From Promethearchaeia archaeon (GTDB lineage: Archaea > Asgardarchaeota > Lokiarchaeia > Sigyniarchaeales > SOKP01): a stretch of DNA of 19,000 nucleotides. The notes under the pieces were generated by a model. That model made no database searches. It was not told the origin of the DNA and was given only the letters and a program-made list of their open reading frames with translations. Both the position numbers and the translations under genes were made by a program. The DNA is taken from contig JAHQWL010000082.1 in NCBI GenBank assembly GCA_029856155.1, positions 1 to 19,000 of the forward strand, written 5' to 3'. Below are positions 17,501 through 19,000 of the stretch, one piece after another. Within the stretch, counting starts at the first letter, position 1. Every line of letters begins with the position of its first letter.

Positions 17501-18301
17501 AATAGGAAATGCAATTTCCTCTACAACGGTTAACCCATAAATTGGTAGAATGGATTGTAGTGCAGCGCTTAATGGTAGTGACCATGTTAAATCTTCTCTA
17601 ATGATAGCCACTGAATTTATGGTCCCCCCATACATCACCCCTAAAGCAGAAGCAATAGTTAATAGATAAGTTATTAATTCTTTAGCAAGCGAGGTGGAAT
17701 TAATTGGCATTACTCTAAAGAAATATTTATATCTATTATAATTATCAAGAACATTTTGGCAGAAAGCATCAGATGATGCAGCAGTACAAATAAATGGGAT
17801 TTTAGCATCCATTATAACTTCTTGATATGCTACTAGAGCCTCAGTTCTAAATCCTCCTAAAATGAAATGGGGGTCATTATAGGTTATCATTCTATTGGCA
17901 GCAGCCACTCCCTTAGATAAATCCAAAGTTGCGTTAGCTTCATCTGTATCCTCGGAAGTTAATGCTATATAATAAATTGTACCATTAATATCAATACCAC
18001 CAGCTTGGTTAATTTCTCTAGCAGCCAATAACGCCCCTTTCCAAGCGTGATCGCCAGTATAGTCACTCAAATCATCTAATAATCCAATCTTAATTGATTG
18101 GTTTAAGGGAACTGGGAATGTTATTCCTGGAATTGTATAATTGCCTACAATTAGATCAGATTTTTTAGGATCAATATTTTGAGTTTCATTTCTTTCAATA
18201 TTATTAAAATTAAAGTAAGTTAGTCCGATAAAAGTTTGAAGAAATAACAAGGTTAATATCATAAATGTGATATTTTTTCTATTTTTCATTATTTTCGCCA
18301 T
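14513..18301 (-). CDS. Single-pass membrane protein: LivJ-type (Venus flytrap) solute-binding domain + 3 FN3-like repeats + NosD/CASH beta-helix + TM + C-terminal TIR domain
   Basis: Basic N-region and hydrophobic helix (aa ~6-30). Type I solute-binding motifs IKIGLL, GALLAAREINQAGGI, ILGGFRTE, YFFRV.P, YDAV, FEGVSGNIAF (aa ~68-470). Three ~95-aa W/Y repeats (aa 480-763). GSGT..DPYII followed by N/GI.L beta-helix repeats (aa ~800-985). TM aa 994-1015 followed by KKR. TIR aa 1133-1262 (IFISYS, SDVFILFCS..SL.S..V.DEW..A, MIPV, P..L). Confidence 0.9.
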   Translation of the reverse strand: MAKIMKNRKNITFMILTLLFLQTFIGLTYFNFNNIERNETQNIDPKKSDLIVGNYTIPGITFPVPLNQSIKIGLLDDLSDYTGDHAWKGALLAAREINQAGGIDINGTIYYIALTSEDTDEANATLDLSKGVAAANRMITYNDPHFILGGFRTEALVAYQEVIMDAKIPFICTAASSDAFCQNVLDNYNRYKYFFRVMPINSTSLAKELITYLLTIASALGVMYGGTINSVAIIREDLTWSLPLSAALQSILPIYGLTVVEEIAFPIGASSYDFASYWSDIDSAGAQLTISIISSSDAITMVKSYSAVKPGCLLAGINVEAQLDSYWDDTEGKCQYEILMQSIHRTNKTTRTIPFWDSYIATFGIEPYYTGAGSYDAVRLIAEVISNTQTFNPDPNIAALENITTSNPFEGVSGNIAFTNSHDLVEGYPYAFTLFSQWQLDGDKIVLPSFNSIYPDTLATGLYSIPYWGINNLVGGQALPGDFTLYSDANMPDKDGTFNLTWSNSTGAVGYSVYIYDKPITYINKSLQLLADKNAQSPFQISGLKTGKYYCAVVAYNGTRQKLSNNVEITVERPKPGNFTLTSDAGDPDTNGAFNLTWTVSEGADNYSIYSFDRLITMINTSLTIIADQTATSPFLIIGLSRGVYYFVAVAYNETGETLSNNIWIEVQVSPKQFNLSSDADSPFDTDGVFNLTWTESAGADNYSIYLYSRYITHINSSLIALEIETTNILYPIMDLSTGNYYFIVVANNSFGSMLSNCISVTVLIYDSESGYWILNPLIIDNTGIGDYTWLEVVNLPWCTGSGTLVDPYIINNIKINGLNQVSCLTIRSSSVYFEIQNCSFYNSGSNRYDGGIKLIATLNGKLFYNNCSFNNANGIVLISCQSIVISENSINNNERAGIVLIDSSNIDIINNKETINFNELYGIYLFNSHSNDITNNTINNNGIGIYLNQSNFNSIDWNTILYNDQAIVEIDSENNIGSNNNIPGLTSRFPFDILIIVLIIGLVVVGVTIAVIIVKKRASTSGLKKKEISEKKRQKTRRKLEEKLDFVDYLIKERNIKLAYKNLGKIQDTADEYEFFDIFNEATKKVDQCKNIEAGIYEEAKREPIITPLVPKILEEEKQIAPVVEKVEEKEHNIFISYSTLDSEYFQINKIVQKLEKYPDIDKVLYWEKDSKENIVEFMDRTLQESDVFILFCSERSLNSAAVSDEWQAAFQRRKKGLIKMIPVFEDEGHVPPILGHLLNVKYTKDDFDNFIEKLHREILR
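16013..16864 (-). repeat. Three diverged tandem FN3-like domain repeats (period 285-288 nt)
   Basis: Repeats start at P480, P576 and P671 and share P..F.L.SDA..PD.DG.FNLTW..S.GA..YS.Y.....IT.IN.SL...........I.GL..G.YY..VVA.N.....LSN...I.V. Confidence 0.9.
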
Positions 18302-18599
18302 CTAAAGGATATTAAATACTCAATATATCTAATAACTAATAAATAGACAATGATTTCTTTTATTATTTACTAAAAAGTCTAGGCTATCTTTTGATAAAAA
18401 TGTAAGTAATTGACTATCATTACTATATTTATCTTACTAAGTATAATCTAATTCAATAATAAAGCCATTTATTCCTATTTATCAACAAGTATTCCCATAG
18501 TAATTCGGAACTACCATGAGTCTTTGACTATTGAAACAATAAATGAAACCACTAGCTATGATAATCAACTTCTAAATAAGTGTATAAATCCAATTTATT

Positions 18600-18998
18600 T
18601 TATTTTGAATATTTTAAAACGATAAGATTAGCTATTATAATTAGGCTTCCGCCAATTATAGTAAATATGGATATTGATTTCAGAATAATTATATTTAAGA
18701 TTGTAGCTGTAACAGGCTCAATATATGATAGAATTATAATATTCCCGCCTTTATCATTCTTAGTTCCTATATTATATAATAAAAAAGCTAATGCAGTAGG
18801 GAATAATCATAAAATAACAGCAATAATTAAATCAGAAAATGTGAATATCATTAAATCACACATAGTTATTGGTAAAAACATGAATACAATGAATAAAGTA
18901 GGCCACCATGCTAAAAATGTATCGAAATCACCTTGTGCTTTAAATTGGTGTTCCGAATTATTACGTATATTGTAGATCTTCTTCTTGTAAAATATTAA
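18600..18998 (-). pseudogene. 3' part of a DMT/EamA-family transporter with an in-frame TGA at 18807-18809 (partial, begins beyond the window)
   Basis: Not in the ORF track. Manual translation: LIFYKKKIY...FLAWWPTLFIVFMFLPIT...LIIAVIL*LFPTALAFLLYNIGTKNDKGGNIIILSYIEPVTATILNIIILKSISIFTIIGGSLIIIANLIVLKYSK*. PTALAF.LY, SYIEPV.A.I and IIGG.LII are EamA hallmarks. Confidence 0.7.
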
Positions 18999-19000
18999 TA

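Noticed and set aside
18480-18809. Selenocysteine recoding of the TGA with the 3' hairpin as SECIS
   Set aside because: The TGA is at an expected Gly in a TM helix, not a Cys position, and the hairpin lacks a recognisable AUGA/GA core or GAA/A SECIS motif.
18580-18975. 131-aa plus-strand ORF from the track
   Set aside because: Antisense shadow of the minus-strand EamA frame, which carries the recognisable family motifs.
1-19000. CRISPR array, tRNA, rRNA or IS element
   Set aside because: No regularly spaced direct repeats, GC-rich structured RNA segments or transposase motifs seen; the window is almost fully protein-coding.

Overview
AT-rich archaeal chromosomal segment, most likely Asgard/Lokiarchaeia-like. 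This is an inference from the Cdc6/Orc1 gene, BRE-TATA promoters, GGTGA-type ribosome-binding sites and protein styles. It is mostly housekeeping: two tandem thioredoxin reductases (the first truncated by the window edge), an XerA-like tyrosine recombinase, Cdc6/Orc1, a small Zn-ribbon protein, a DUF362 Fe-S protein, TldD/TldE, 4-hydroxybutyryl-CoA dehydratase, a GIFT (GldG/IFT52-like) protein with a coiled coil, PurA, DUF2284, DUF47 plus a PiT phosphate transporter, and the 3' end of a DMT/EamA transporter containing an in-frame TGA. The standout is a 1262-aa type I membrane protein (14513-18301, minus strand). Its order is: signal/anchor, Venus-flytrap (LivJ-type) ligand-binding domain, three FN3-like repeats, parallel beta-helix, single TM helix, helical linker, and a cytoplasmic TIR domain retaining the catalytic Glu. 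This is a Toll/IL-17R-like receptor layout in an archaeon. Secondary highlights are a candidate 11-6-11 dif site between xerA and cdc6 and the cytoplasmic IFT52-like protein. All domain calls are by eye from motifs; no searches were run.
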